Source of the DNA: Candidatus Cloacimonadota bacterium
GTDB lineage: Bacteria > Cloacimonadota > Cloacimonadia > Cloacimonadales > WRIO01
Length of the DNA: 26,776 nt
Direction of reading: 5' to 3'
Assembly: GCA_029564175.1 (NCBI GenBank)
Contig: JAKQQL010000226.1
Location: forward strand, 1-26,776
The stretch's first letter is position 1. Each line of letters begins with the position of its first letter. Both the position numbers and the translations under genes were made by a program. The notes below the pieces were generated by a model, which ran no database searches, was not told where the DNA came from, and saw nothing but the letters and a program-made list of their open reading frames with translations. Below, in pieces: positions 18,652-26,776 of this stretch.

Positions 18652-21600
18652 ATGTTTGATAAGCTCATTAAATTCTTCTTAGGCGACCGAAACGAAAAAG
18701 AATTAAAAAAAGTGTTACCGGTTGTTGAAGCCATCAATAAAGAGTTTGAACAACTCAATAAACTGAGTGATGAAGAACTCAAAGAAAAAGTCAATCAAAT
18801 CCGTCATGATATCCGTGAAGACCTCAGTCCATTGGAAAATGAACTCGAAAAACTCAGACGCGATTACCAGGAAACTGCTGATGAAAAAGAAAAAACCAAT
18901 ATTAGCAATAAAATAGACGAAAAAGCAAAAGAATTAAAAGAAAATACCCAGACGATACTTGATGAAAACCTGATTGAGGTATTCGCAATCGTCAAAGAGA
19001 CCTGCCGTCGTCTTGTCGGCATGGAATATGATGTCAGAGGGCATAAAATGCGTTGGGACATGGTGCCATTTGATGTCCAGCTGATTGGTGGAATTGCACT
19101 TCATCAGGGTAATATTTCTGAAATGGCGACCGGTGAAGGTAAAACCCTCGTCGCAACCCTTCCCCTCTTTTTAAATGCTTTAACTGGCCGTGGCGTTCAT
19201 CTGGTAACAGTCAATGACTATCTGGTTCAGCGTGACTCTGAATGGATGAAGCCAATCTTTGATTTTCACAATATCACAGTAGGAACCATTCTGACCAATA
19301 TGCATTTCAGCGATAGACAAAGTGCTTATGCGTGTGATATAACCTACGGAACCAACAGTGAGTTTGGTTTTGACTACCTGAGAGATAATATGGCAGTCAA
19401 TCATGAACAACTCGTTCAGAGAAGTCATTTCTTTGCAATCATAGACGAAGCGGACTCAGTGCTGATTGATGAAGCGCGTACCCCGCTGATTATTTCCGGT
19501 CCGGTGGCTGACAGTAAGAATTATTATGATGAAATCAATCCGATTATTCAGAGACTGGTCAGTCTGCAAAATCAATACGTTCAGCGTCTGATGACAGAAA
19601 TTCGTAATCTCCAAAAAGGAGAAAGTTTTTCTAATGATGAAAGTAACGAACTGGGGCGTAAATTACTGCTTGTAAAACGCGCTGCCCCTAAAAATAAAGC
19701 CTTTATCAAAATGATGAAGGAACATGATCTAAAAAAACTCGTTCAGGACTATGAAGGCTGGATGCTGAGAGATAAAAAGATGCACGAACTCGATGCCGAG
19801 CTCTATTATTCGGTTGAAGAAGCCAATCATAGCGCTGATCTTTGTGAGAAGGGGCAGGAAGAACTTTCTAAAAGATTTCCTAATCTATTCGTGATTGAGC
19901 ACCTGGATGAAGCTTTACAAAAGATTGATCAGAATGAAAATCTCAGTCTGGAAGAAAAAATACGCCAGAAAGAAAAAAAGACATCTGATTATATTGAAAA
20001 AAATGAGTATCTGCACAATATTTCTCAGTTGATCAAGGCATATGCACTGTTTGAAAAAGATATTGACTATGTCGTTGTGGATAACAAGGTAATGATTGTC
20101 GATGAGTTTACCGGTCGTATGATGCCAGGCAGACGCTTTAGTGATGGTCTGCATCAGGCACTGGAAGCCAAAGAAAACGTTAAAATCGAAGAAGCCACTC
20201 AGACTTATGCAACGATTACCCTGCAAAACTACTTCAGAATGTATGATAAACTCAGCGGTATGACCGGTACAGCGATTACCGAAGAGTCAGAGTTTCTGGA
20301 AATTTATAAAATGCCGGTCAGAGTCATTCCAACCAATGAAAAAATGACCCGTGTCGATTATGATGATCTGATCTATCTGACCAAAAATGAAAAATATAAC
20401 GCCATTATTGAAGAGATTGAATACTGGCATAAACAGAATAAACCCGTACTGGTCGGTACGGTAACAGTAGAAGTGAGTGAAATCCTCAGCCGTTTACTCA
20501 AACGTAAAAATATCGTACATAATGTATTAAATGCGAAATACCATGAAAAGGAAGCTGAAATAGTTGCGCTTGCTGGTCAGCCAGGGGCTGTTACCATTGC
20601 AACCAACATGGCTGGTCGTGGTACTGACATTAAATTGGGACAGGGAGTCATATCCCTTTCCAAAGAAAAATACAGAGAAATTTCTAAGGGCATCTCAGAA
20701 ACAGCGCCTTTTGGTCAACCGATTGATGGTCTCCATATTATCGGTACGGAACGTCATGAAAGTCGCCGTATTGACCGCCAGTTGCGTGGTCGTGCCGGTC
20801 GTCAGGGTGATCCGGGTACCTCCCGTTTTTACCTGTCTCTGGAAGATGATCTGATGCGCCTCTTTGGTTCTGAAAGAATTACTGGTCTTTTACAAAAAGC
20901 AGGGCTGAAAGACGGAGAAGCGATTACACATCCATGGATGACCTCAGCTGTTGAAAAAGCGCAAAAACGCGTAGAAGGTCAAAACTTTGAGATCCGCCGT
21001 CAGCTGATCAAGTATGACGAAGTCATGAATCAACAGCGTGAAGTGATTTATAATTACCGTCGTAATGTTCTGAAAGGCTATGACATCAAAAATGACATTG
21101 CTGATATGATTAAGAATGCAGTTGAAAAAGTTATTCTGACCCATACAGAAGGGATTCAGTACCCTGAAGACTGGCCAATGGATAAAATCAGACATTGGTT
21201 TTCCACCCAGCTGAATGTACAGATTCCAGCCGAAGAATTAAAAGTACCACGCATGAGTCAGGAAACACTCTATGACATTATTAGTGAATTTGCCATGAAA
21301 ACCTATGAAGAGCGTGAAACGATGCTGGGTATTGATACCATGCGTGAGATTGAGAGACGTTGCCTGCTGGAAGTAGTTGACAATGAATGGCGTGATCATC
21401 TGCATGAAATGGATATCCTTCGTGAAGGTATTTCCTTCCGTGCTTATGCCAATAAAGATCCGCTGATTGAATATAAAACTGAGAGTTATAACCTCTTTGA
21501 AGAACTCATCACCAGAATTCATGAGCATACGGTAAAACGCGTGTTCAATTCTTACATCGTAACTCAGGAAAATATTCAAAATCTTCTGGATAAAGCCATT

Positions 21601-21792
21601 TTGAAACACGATGACCTGTCAATGTTTCAAAGACCTGCTGCTCCAGAGCAAGCAAAACCTGAAAAAGCAAAAGCCGCACCAGTTAAAAACATGGCAAAAG
21701 TAGGACGAAATGACCTTTGCCCATGCGGTAGCGGATTAAAATATAAAAAATGTTGCGGAAAAATGGAAACTTTTAATGATACAGAGGATTAA
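18652..21792 (+). CDS. secA: Preprotein translocase ATPase SecA (long form)
   Basis: Walker A 'MATGEGKT', 'VTVNDYL', '[19 protein letters not shown]', '[10 protein letters not shown]', '[10 protein letters not shown]', '[23 protein letters not shown]', SEC-C '[19 protein letters not shown]'. Confidence 0.99.
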   Translation: MFDKLIKFFLGDRNEKELKKVLPVVEAINKEFEQLNKLSDEELKEKVNQIRHDIREDLSPLENELEKLRRDYQETADEKEKTNISNKIDEKAKELKENTQTILDENLIEVFAIVKETCRRLVGMEYDVRGHKMRWDMVPFDVQLIGGIALHQGNISEMATGEGKTLVATLPLFLNALTGRGVHLVTVNDYLVQRDSEWMKPIFDFHNITVGTILTNMHFSDRQSAYACDITYGTNSEFGFDYLRDNMAVNHEQLVQRSHFFAIIDEADSVLIDEARTPLIISGPVADSKNYYDEINPIIQRLVSLQNQYVQRLMTEIRNLQKGESFSNDESNELGRKLLLVKRAAPKNKAFIKMMKEHDLKKLVQDYEGWMLRDKKMHELDAELYYSVEEANHSADLCEKGQEELSKRFPNLFVIEHLDEALQKIDQNENLSLEEKIRQKEKKTSDYIEKNEYLHNISQLIKAYALFEKDIDYVVVDNKVMIVDEFTGRMMPGRRFSDGLHQALEAKENVKIEEATQTYATITLQNYFRMYDKLSGMTGTAITEESEFLEIYKMPVRVIPTNEKMTRVDYDDLIYLTKNEKYNAIIEEIEYWHKQNKPVLVGTVTVEVSEILSRLLKRKNIVHNVLNAKYHEKEAEIVALAGQPGAVTIATNMAGRGTDIKLGQGVISLSKEKYREISKGISETAPFGQPIDGLHIIGTERHESRRIDRQLRGRAGRQGDPGTSRFYLSLEDDLMRLFGSERITGLLQKAGLKDGEAITHPWMTSAVEKAQKRVEGQNFEIRRQLIKYDEVMNQQREVIYNYRRNVLKGYDIKNDIADMIKNAVEKVILTHTEGIQYPEDWPMDKIRHWFSTQLNVQIPAEELKVPRMSQETLYDIISEFAMKTYEERETMLGIDTMREIERRCLLEVVDNEWRDHLHEMDILREGISFRAYANKDPLIEYKTESYNLFEELITRIHEHTVKRVFNSYIVTQENIQNLLDKAILKHDDLSMFQRPAAPEQAKPEKAKAAPVKNMAKVGRNDLCPCGSGLKYKKCCGKMETFNDTED

Positions 21793-21809
21793 ACCGATTA
21801 TATTATCAA

Positions 21810-21946
21810 CGTAGGGGTTACTCTCGAAGTAACCCAAACGACATAGCGTGATAATAGAAATTACGAAGGATTGAAGGCAGCTTGCCTTCGATAAACAGTT
21901 TTGATCGTTAAACTCCTTAGTTACCCTCCTAAAAAAATGGTAACCC
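21810..21946 (+). ncRNA. Candidate structured RNA or leader (family not recognised)
   Basis: Four consecutive hairpins in the 175-nt intergenic gap, with G-U pairs favouring the + strand and no U-tract terminator. Confidence 0.35.
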
Positions 21947-21967
21947 AAAACAAAAAGGAAGTGTGAA

Positions 21968-22405
21968 ATGAAAGAGCATAATGACAACATTAAGAGTTTG
22001 ATGGATAAAATTAAGACACTGGAAGAGCTGACTGGTGATCGCAATATCAAAGATCATAAAAAAATCGAAGAGCTCATCAACAAATACCTGTCGCATAATA
22101 TAAAAAGTTATCAATCACGGATTATGAATCCGATAGAAAAAAAGATACTGACTCAGGAAGCATTTACATATCTGCTTGATCTTGTTAAAGATAATCTGCT
22201 GTCATACAATGAGTTTGAAAAAGTGATCAATCAACTGAGCCTGTATAGTCAGGAATTTGAAGAGCCACTGGATGAATTTGTCATGATTTCTCTCCTTGAA
22301 ATGATGAGCTATTCTGATTTTCAGGAAGCATTGATGAATCAGATTATTCAAATGTATCTGAATTCTCCAGATATCATCCATAACATGAAATTTACAGTAA
22401 ATTAG
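21968..22405 (+). CDS. Smg/DUF494-like protein
   Basis: 'SRIMNPIEKKILTQEAFTYLLDLVKDNLLSYNEFEKVINQL' resembles the Smg core, and smg is commonly found directly upstream of topA. AAGGA SD. Confidence 0.55.
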   Translation: MKEHNDNIKSLMDKIKTLEELTGDRNIKDHKKIEELINKYLSHNIKSYQSRIMNPIEKKILTQEAFTYLLDLVKDNLLSYNEFEKVINQLSLYSQEFEEPLDEFVMISLLEMMSYSDFQEALMNQIIQMYLNSPDIIHNMKFTVN

Positions 22406-22455
22406 ATAGATTAGGGTGAAAAAACGGCCTGTGGGTCGTTAATGAAAGGATTGCT

Positions 22456-24840
22456 ATGGCCAAACCGCTTATTATTGTGGAATCACCTGCAAAAGCAAAA
22501 ACAATCGGGAAATTTTTAAATAACCAGTTTACCGTTAAAGCCTCTATGGGGCATATCAGAGACCTCCCCAAAAAAGAACTTGGGGTCGATGTGGAGAAGG
22601 ATTTTAAACCCAAATATGTCAATGACCCTACAAAAAAACCGCTAATTGAAGACTTAAAAAAGAATGCAAAAGAAGCTTCTGCTATTTATCTGGCATCTGA
22701 CCATGACCGCGAAGGAGAAGCAATTGCCTGGCATCTGGCAAAAGTTCTCAGTAAAGAAAGTAAAGATAAACCGGTCTATCGTATTGTTTTCAATGAAATT
22801 ACCAAAAAAGCCATACAATCTGCCGTAGAAGCGCCTGGACAAATCGATGAAAACAAGGTAGATGCCCAACAGGCAAGAAGAGTTTTAGACCGTATTGTCG
22901 GGTATAAAGTCAGCCCCTTGTTATGGAAAACGATCAGCTCTACCAACCTCAGCGCTGGCAGAGTTCAGTCTGTCGCTCTTCGCCTGATCTGTGAAAGAAA
23001 TGAAGAAATAAACCAGTTTGTGCCTGAAGAATACTGGACGATTGAATCTGAATTCTGGAAAGGGGAACTTCCCCATTTTAAAGCAACTCTACACCAGTTC
23101 AACGGCGAAAAAGTCAAGCTGGAGAATCAGGAACAGAGTGAACAGATTGTTCAGGAAATCCTCAACCACCAGGCAGAACTAAGCTCACTCAAACAGAGTA
23201 AACGTTATATTCAGCCACAGGCACCTTATATCACTTCCACCCTGCAACAGGATGCAGCCCGTGTCTTAAACTTCTCAGGTAAGAAAACAATGATGCTGGC
23301 TCAAAATCTCTATGAAGGAATGGACATTGGTGGTGAAACTGTCGGGTTAATCACATATATGCGTACGGACTCTGTTCGTATTGCTGACGAAGCGGTTGAA
23401 AATGCTCGTGAAGTCATTAAAAAAGAGTATGGATCAAAATATCTGAACAGTGAAATCAGAACTTATAAAAATAAAAGTGAATCTCAGGATGCCCATGAAG
23501 CCATCAGACCCACTTATCCATGGAGAACGCCTGAGTCTTTAAAACAATATCTTTCCAAAGACCAGTTTGAGATGTATCAGCTTATCTGGCAGCGATTTAT
23601 AAGTACTCAGATGATTCCACTTGCACTCAGCTCAGTTCAGATTGAAGTCAGCTGTGGTAAAGCCCTGTTTAAAACCTCCGGTTCTGTCATCATTGAAGCA
23701 GGTTTTTACAAAGTTTATCCTCATATCAATTTATCTCTCGGCGAAAATATCCACCCTGATTATGCAGAAAAAGATAAACTCGAAATGAAAAAACCATTTG
23801 GTAAACAGCATTTCACCAAGGCTCCTTCAGCCTATACGGAAGCCCAGCTGATCAAAGAGCTGGAATCTCTCGGTATCGGCAGACCTTCTACTTATGCGTC
23901 GATTACCAATACCATTATTGAACGAACTTATGTCAAAATCATAGAAAAACGTTTTTATCCGACCCAGCTCGGCATCCTCGTTAACCGTTTTCTGGTACAT
24001 TATTTTGATTCACTTTTTAATGTGAAATTCACTGCTGAAATGGAAGATAAACTCGATCAGGTCGAATTTGGCAAACAGATTTGGGTTGATTTATTAAAAG
24101 ATTATTACGGTTCAATTACTGATCTGATCGCTAAAGTCAGTGTGAAAGAAGCACGCGAACTGATGACCGAAGAAACAGATATTGAATGTGAAAAATGTCA
24201 CCACAAAATGATAATCAAAAACAGCAAAAATGGTGAATACCTCGCTTGCTCAAACTACCCTGAATGTAAAAATATAAAGAGTTTCAGACGTCAGGATGAT
24301 AATTCAATCCAAATTGTTGAAAATTCAGTAGAAGATACCGGTATTACCTGCGAAAAATGTGGCAGTCCTATGGCAGTAAAAAGAGGAAAAAACGGAGAAT
24401 TTCTGGGTTGTACAAACTATCCGAAATGTAAGAGTATCGTTAATTTCTCCCGTGATACATCAGGGAAAATTGTCGTCGAAAAGCCCAAACAAACGGATGA
24501 ACTATGCCCTCAGTGCGGTAAACCACTCATGATCAGAAAGGGTAGATTTGGTGAATTTTACTCATGCTCAGATTACCCAAAATGCAAATTTATCCGCTCA
24601 ATGAATGCTGGAGTCAAATGCCCGAAATGTAATGAAGGTGAGCTTGTCTCCAAAAAAGGACTTAAAAACAGAACCTTCTATGCCTGCTCCCGTTACCCTG
24701 ATTGCGATTACATTGCACCCCACAAACCGGTAGCGATTGCCTGTGTTACCTGTGGCCATTACTATCTTGAAGAAATGACCAATAAGGAAACTAAACAGAA
24801 ATACAAGCAATGCCCAAAATGTGGTAAAGAATATTTTTAA
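22456..24840 (+). CDS. topA: DNA topoisomerase I (type IA) with C-terminal Zn ribbons
   Basis: TOPRIM 'LIIVESPAKAKTI', 'DHDREGEAIAWH', 'SAGRVQS', catalytic Tyr in 'GLITYMRTDS', 'QDAHEAIRPT', 'GIGRPSTY'; four C4 ribbons plus a terminal CxxC...CxxC. Confidence 0.99.
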   Translation: MAKPLIIVESPAKAKTIGKFLNNQFTVKASMGHIRDLPKKELGVDVEKDFKPKYVNDPTKKPLIEDLKKNAKEASAIYLASDHDREGEAIAWHLAKVLSKESKDKPVYRIVFNEITKKAIQSAVEAPGQIDENKVDAQQARRVLDRIVGYKVSPLLWKTISSTNLSAGRVQSVALRLICERNEEINQFVPEEYWTIESEFWKGELPHFKATLHQFNGEKVKLENQEQSEQIVQEILNHQAELSSLKQSKRYIQPQAPYITSTLQQDAARVLNFSGKKTMMLAQNLYEGMDIGGETVGLITYMRTDSVRIADEAVENAREVIKKEYGSKYLNSEIRTYKNKSESQDAHEAIRPTYPWRTPESLKQYLSKDQFEMYQLIWQRFISTQMIPLALSSVQIEVSCGKALFKTSGSVIIEAGFYKVYPHINLSLGENIHPDYAEKDKLEMKKPFGKQHFTKAPSAYTEAQLIKELESLGIGRPSTYASITNTIIERTYVKIIEKRFYPTQLGILVNRFLVHYFDSLFNVKFTAEMEDKLDQVEFGKQIWVDLLKDYYGSITDLIAKVSVKEARELMTEETDIECEKCHHKMIIKNSKNGEYLACSNYPECKNIKSFRRQDDNSIQIVENSVEDTGITCEKCGSPMAVKRGKNGEFLGCTNYPKCKSIVNFSRDTSGKIVVEKPKQTDELCPQCGKPLMIRKGRFGEFYSCSDYPKCKFIRSMNAGVKCPKCNEGELVSKKGLKNRTFYACSRYPDCDYIAPHKPVAIACVTCGHYYLEEMTNKETKQKYKQCPKCGKEYF

Positions 24841-24842
24841 GT

Positions 24843-25022
24843 TGTGGAACGACCCTCCTGGTCGTTTATGATCTTCGTACGACAGCATAATAACCGTACT
24901 ACAAGCATCTGCCGTACTACAAGCATCTTGCTTGTAGAATAGACTTCGCAAGCTGGAAGCTTACGTTACAATCTTTCCGTACTGCAAGCATAATAACCGT
25001 ACTACAAGCATCTTGCTTGTAG
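24843..25022. repeat. REP/BIME-like mosaic of short palindromes
   Basis: Full CGTACTACAAGCATCTTGCTTGTAG at 24913 and 24998; truncated copies at 24876, 24895 and 24978; inverted related unit at 24947-24970 (reverse complement tGTAACGTAAGCTTCCAGCTTGCG); aacgacc/ggtcgtt hairpin at 24843-24867. Confidence 0.75.
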
Positions 25023-25045
25023 AGAATCTCATCTGGAGGTAATTG

Positions 25046-26314
25046 ATGCATCTCTGGGATAGTATCATCAGTAGCCTGCAAACGATTATGAGCCATAAAC
25101 TACGCTCATTTTTAACTTTGCTGGGCATCATCATCGGTATCATGGCTGTTGTCGCCATGTTTTCATCTGTTTATGGTATCAAAGCCATTATGAAGAAAAA
25201 TATGGAAGGCATGGGATTTAACAATTCTCTTTTTGTCATGCAAAAACGGGATGAAGGCAATTCAGGTTCAAGACGTTTTGGCGGTATGATGCGGTTTATG
25301 CGTACCAACCGGAAAAGCAAACCGATTACCTACTCAGATTACGTATTTTTGAGAGCAAATGCCGAATATAAATATATCTATGGTATGATTGAAACCTGGG
25401 AAAAAACACCCGAAAATGAATGGATTAGACTAAAAGCGACCAATAATGACTTCTTTAAATCAAAAACTTATCAGATCAGTTCAGGTCGTTTATTTAATGA
25501 TTATGAAGAAAAAAATACAGGTAAAGTCTGTGTAATTGGTTATCTCTACGCAGAAGAAATCATGAAAGAAAAAAATCCGCTGGGTAAGGTTGTATCTGTC
25601 GGGAATAACCGCTATACAATCATCGGTGTACTTGGAGAAGATGAACTCAACAAGAAAAAAGGATTTAACTTCAATCCATGGGAAAGAAAAATGGATTTGA
25701 AATCGATCTACTTACCTTTACGAACCGGTTCTGCATACCTACGTCGGGCAGGAGCAGTCGATTATATTTATCTTCAGTCTGAAAACGAAGAAAAATTTGC
25801 CAGTCTCAAGACGAATGTTACCCAGTTACTGCTATCCAGACGAAATATGACTCATGATTTCAGTTTTGAAGATGTAGGTTCTATGTTTATCACAATCAAT
25901 CAGGAAATGGATGAAATGATAAAAAAATGGAATCTGACTCTCATGGCGATTGCAACGGTATCACTAATCGTCGGCGGGATAGGACTCTTTAGTACCCTGC
26001 TTATCTCCATCAATGAACGCATGATGGAAATCGGAGTCAGAAAATCAATTGGAGCTACCAATCGGGATATATTCTTCTATTTTCTGATGGAAGCACTTGT
26101 ATTATCGCTGATTGCAGCATTTGTCGGTATTCTGTTGGCAGTGGGACTGATTAAAGCTATGGAAATGGGGATAGGCTCGCAAATGATTATCCCTGTTTGG
26201 AGTGTGATCATTGGTATCAGTTTTGCCATTATTACAGGTTTATTGTCAGGCCTATATCCAGCCTGGAAAGCCTCATCTATCGACCCGATTCAGGCAATCT
26301 ATTATTTTGAATAA
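25046..26314 (+). CDS. ABC transporter permease, MacB/FtsX type
   Basis: 'HKLRSFLTLLGIIIGI', periplasmic domain, 'SLIVGGIGL', 'INERMMEIGVRKSIGAT', 'FLMEA', 'GLYPAWKASSIDPIQAI'. GGAGGT SD favours ATG 25046. Confidence 0.93.
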   Translation: MHLWDSIISSLQTIMSHKLRSFLTLLGIIIGIMAVVAMFSSVYGIKAIMKKNMEGMGFNNSLFVMQKRDEGNSGSRRFGGMMRFMRTNRKSKPITYSDYVFLRANAEYKYIYGMIETWEKTPENEWIRLKATNNDFFKSKTYQISSGRLFNDYEEKNTGKVCVIGYLYAEEIMKEKNPLGKVVSVGNNRYTIIGVLGEDELNKKKGFNFNPWERKMDLKSIYLPLRTGSAYLRRAGAVDYIYLQSENEEKFASLKTNVTQLLLSRRNMTHDFSFEDVGSMFITINQEMDEMIKKWNLTLMAIATVSLIVGGIGLFSTLLISINERMMEIGVRKSIGATNRDIFFYFLMEALVLSLIAAFVGILLAVGLIKAMEMGIGSQMIIPVWSVIIGISFAIITGLLSGLYPAWKASSIDPIQAIYYFE

Positions 26315-26317
26315 ATC

Positions 26318-26776
26318 CTACGAAGATGTCAGGGCTGACGCCCCTTAATACGGTTTTCTGTCTGTCTTTCTACGAAGAACACAGGGCTGACGCCCCTTTA
26401 TACGGTTTAACTGCCTGTCTTTCCTACGAAGAACACAGGGCTGACGCCCCTTAATACGGTTTAACGGCCTGTCTTTCCTACGAAGAACACAGGGCTGACG
26501 CCCCTTGATACGGTTTTACTGTCTATCTTTCTACGAAGAACACAGGGCTGACGCCCCTTAATACGGTTTAACTGTCTATCTTTCTACGAAGAACACAGGG
26601 CTGACGTCCCTTAATACGGTTTAATTGCCTATCTTTTCTACGAAGAACACAGGGCTGACGCCCCTTGATACGGTTTTACTGTCTATCTTTCTACGAAGAA
26701 CACAGGGCTGACGCCCCTTAATACGGTTTAACTGTCTATCTTTCTACGAAGAACACAGGGCTGACGCCCCTTAATA
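26318..26776. repeat. Tandem array of 52-54 bp units, at least 9 copies, truncated by the window end
   Basis: Unit CTACGAAGAACACAGGGCTGACGCCCCTTAATACGGTTTAACTGTCTATCTTT starts at 26318, 26370, 26424, 26478, 26531, 26584, 26638, 26691 and 26744. Confidence 0.97.

Noticed and set aside
21793..21967. 6S RNA, SRP RNA, tRNA or simple terminator in the secA-smg gap
   Set aside because: No long closing duplex with a central bubble, no SRP GGAA-loop motif, no cloverleaf or T-arm, and no U-tract after any hairpin.
24598..25158. Minus-strand ORFs of 117 aa and 65 aa with repeated peptides (DACST)
   Set aside because: They arise from translating the REP-like repeats and the antisense strands of topA and the permease.
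26318..26776. CRISPR array interpretation of the terminal repeats
   Set aside because: The inter-core segments are only about 13-15 nt, are homologous to each other and are sometimes identical, so they are not unique spacers. No cas genes or leader are in view.

Overview
AT-rich bacterial chromosomal segment. It is probably from Cloacimonadota or a related FCB-like lineage; this is inferred from proteins ending in a 'YPNPFNP...FlgD-Ig...KMxLxK' sorting domain and from the long SecA. In order, the window holds: the start of a truncated minus-strand gene; an M16C/PreP-type Zn peptidase; an AT-rich secreted TPR protein; two large secreted proteins with a T9SS-CTD/FlgD-Ig-like tail (one with an exact 205-aa internal period); a TrmB-family regulator; a receiver-4xPAS-HisKA_2 kinase split by a single-base frameshift in an A8 tract; an EcoRV-like type II restriction-modification pair in R-then-M order with no visible controller gene; secA; an Smg/DUF494-like gene; topA; and a MacB/FtsX-type ABC permease. 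The non-coding DNA carries the most unusual signals: two clusters of REP-like hairpins that share a family (282-368 and 24843-25022), a palindrome cluster upstream of trmB, a hairpin-dense spacer with alternative pairings between secA and smg-topA, and a 52-54 bp tandem array (at least 9 units, not CRISPR) that runs off the right end. I see no unequivocal novel multi-gene system. The best leads are the terminal array with the REP family, the secA-smg structured RNA candidate and the slippery-site kinase.
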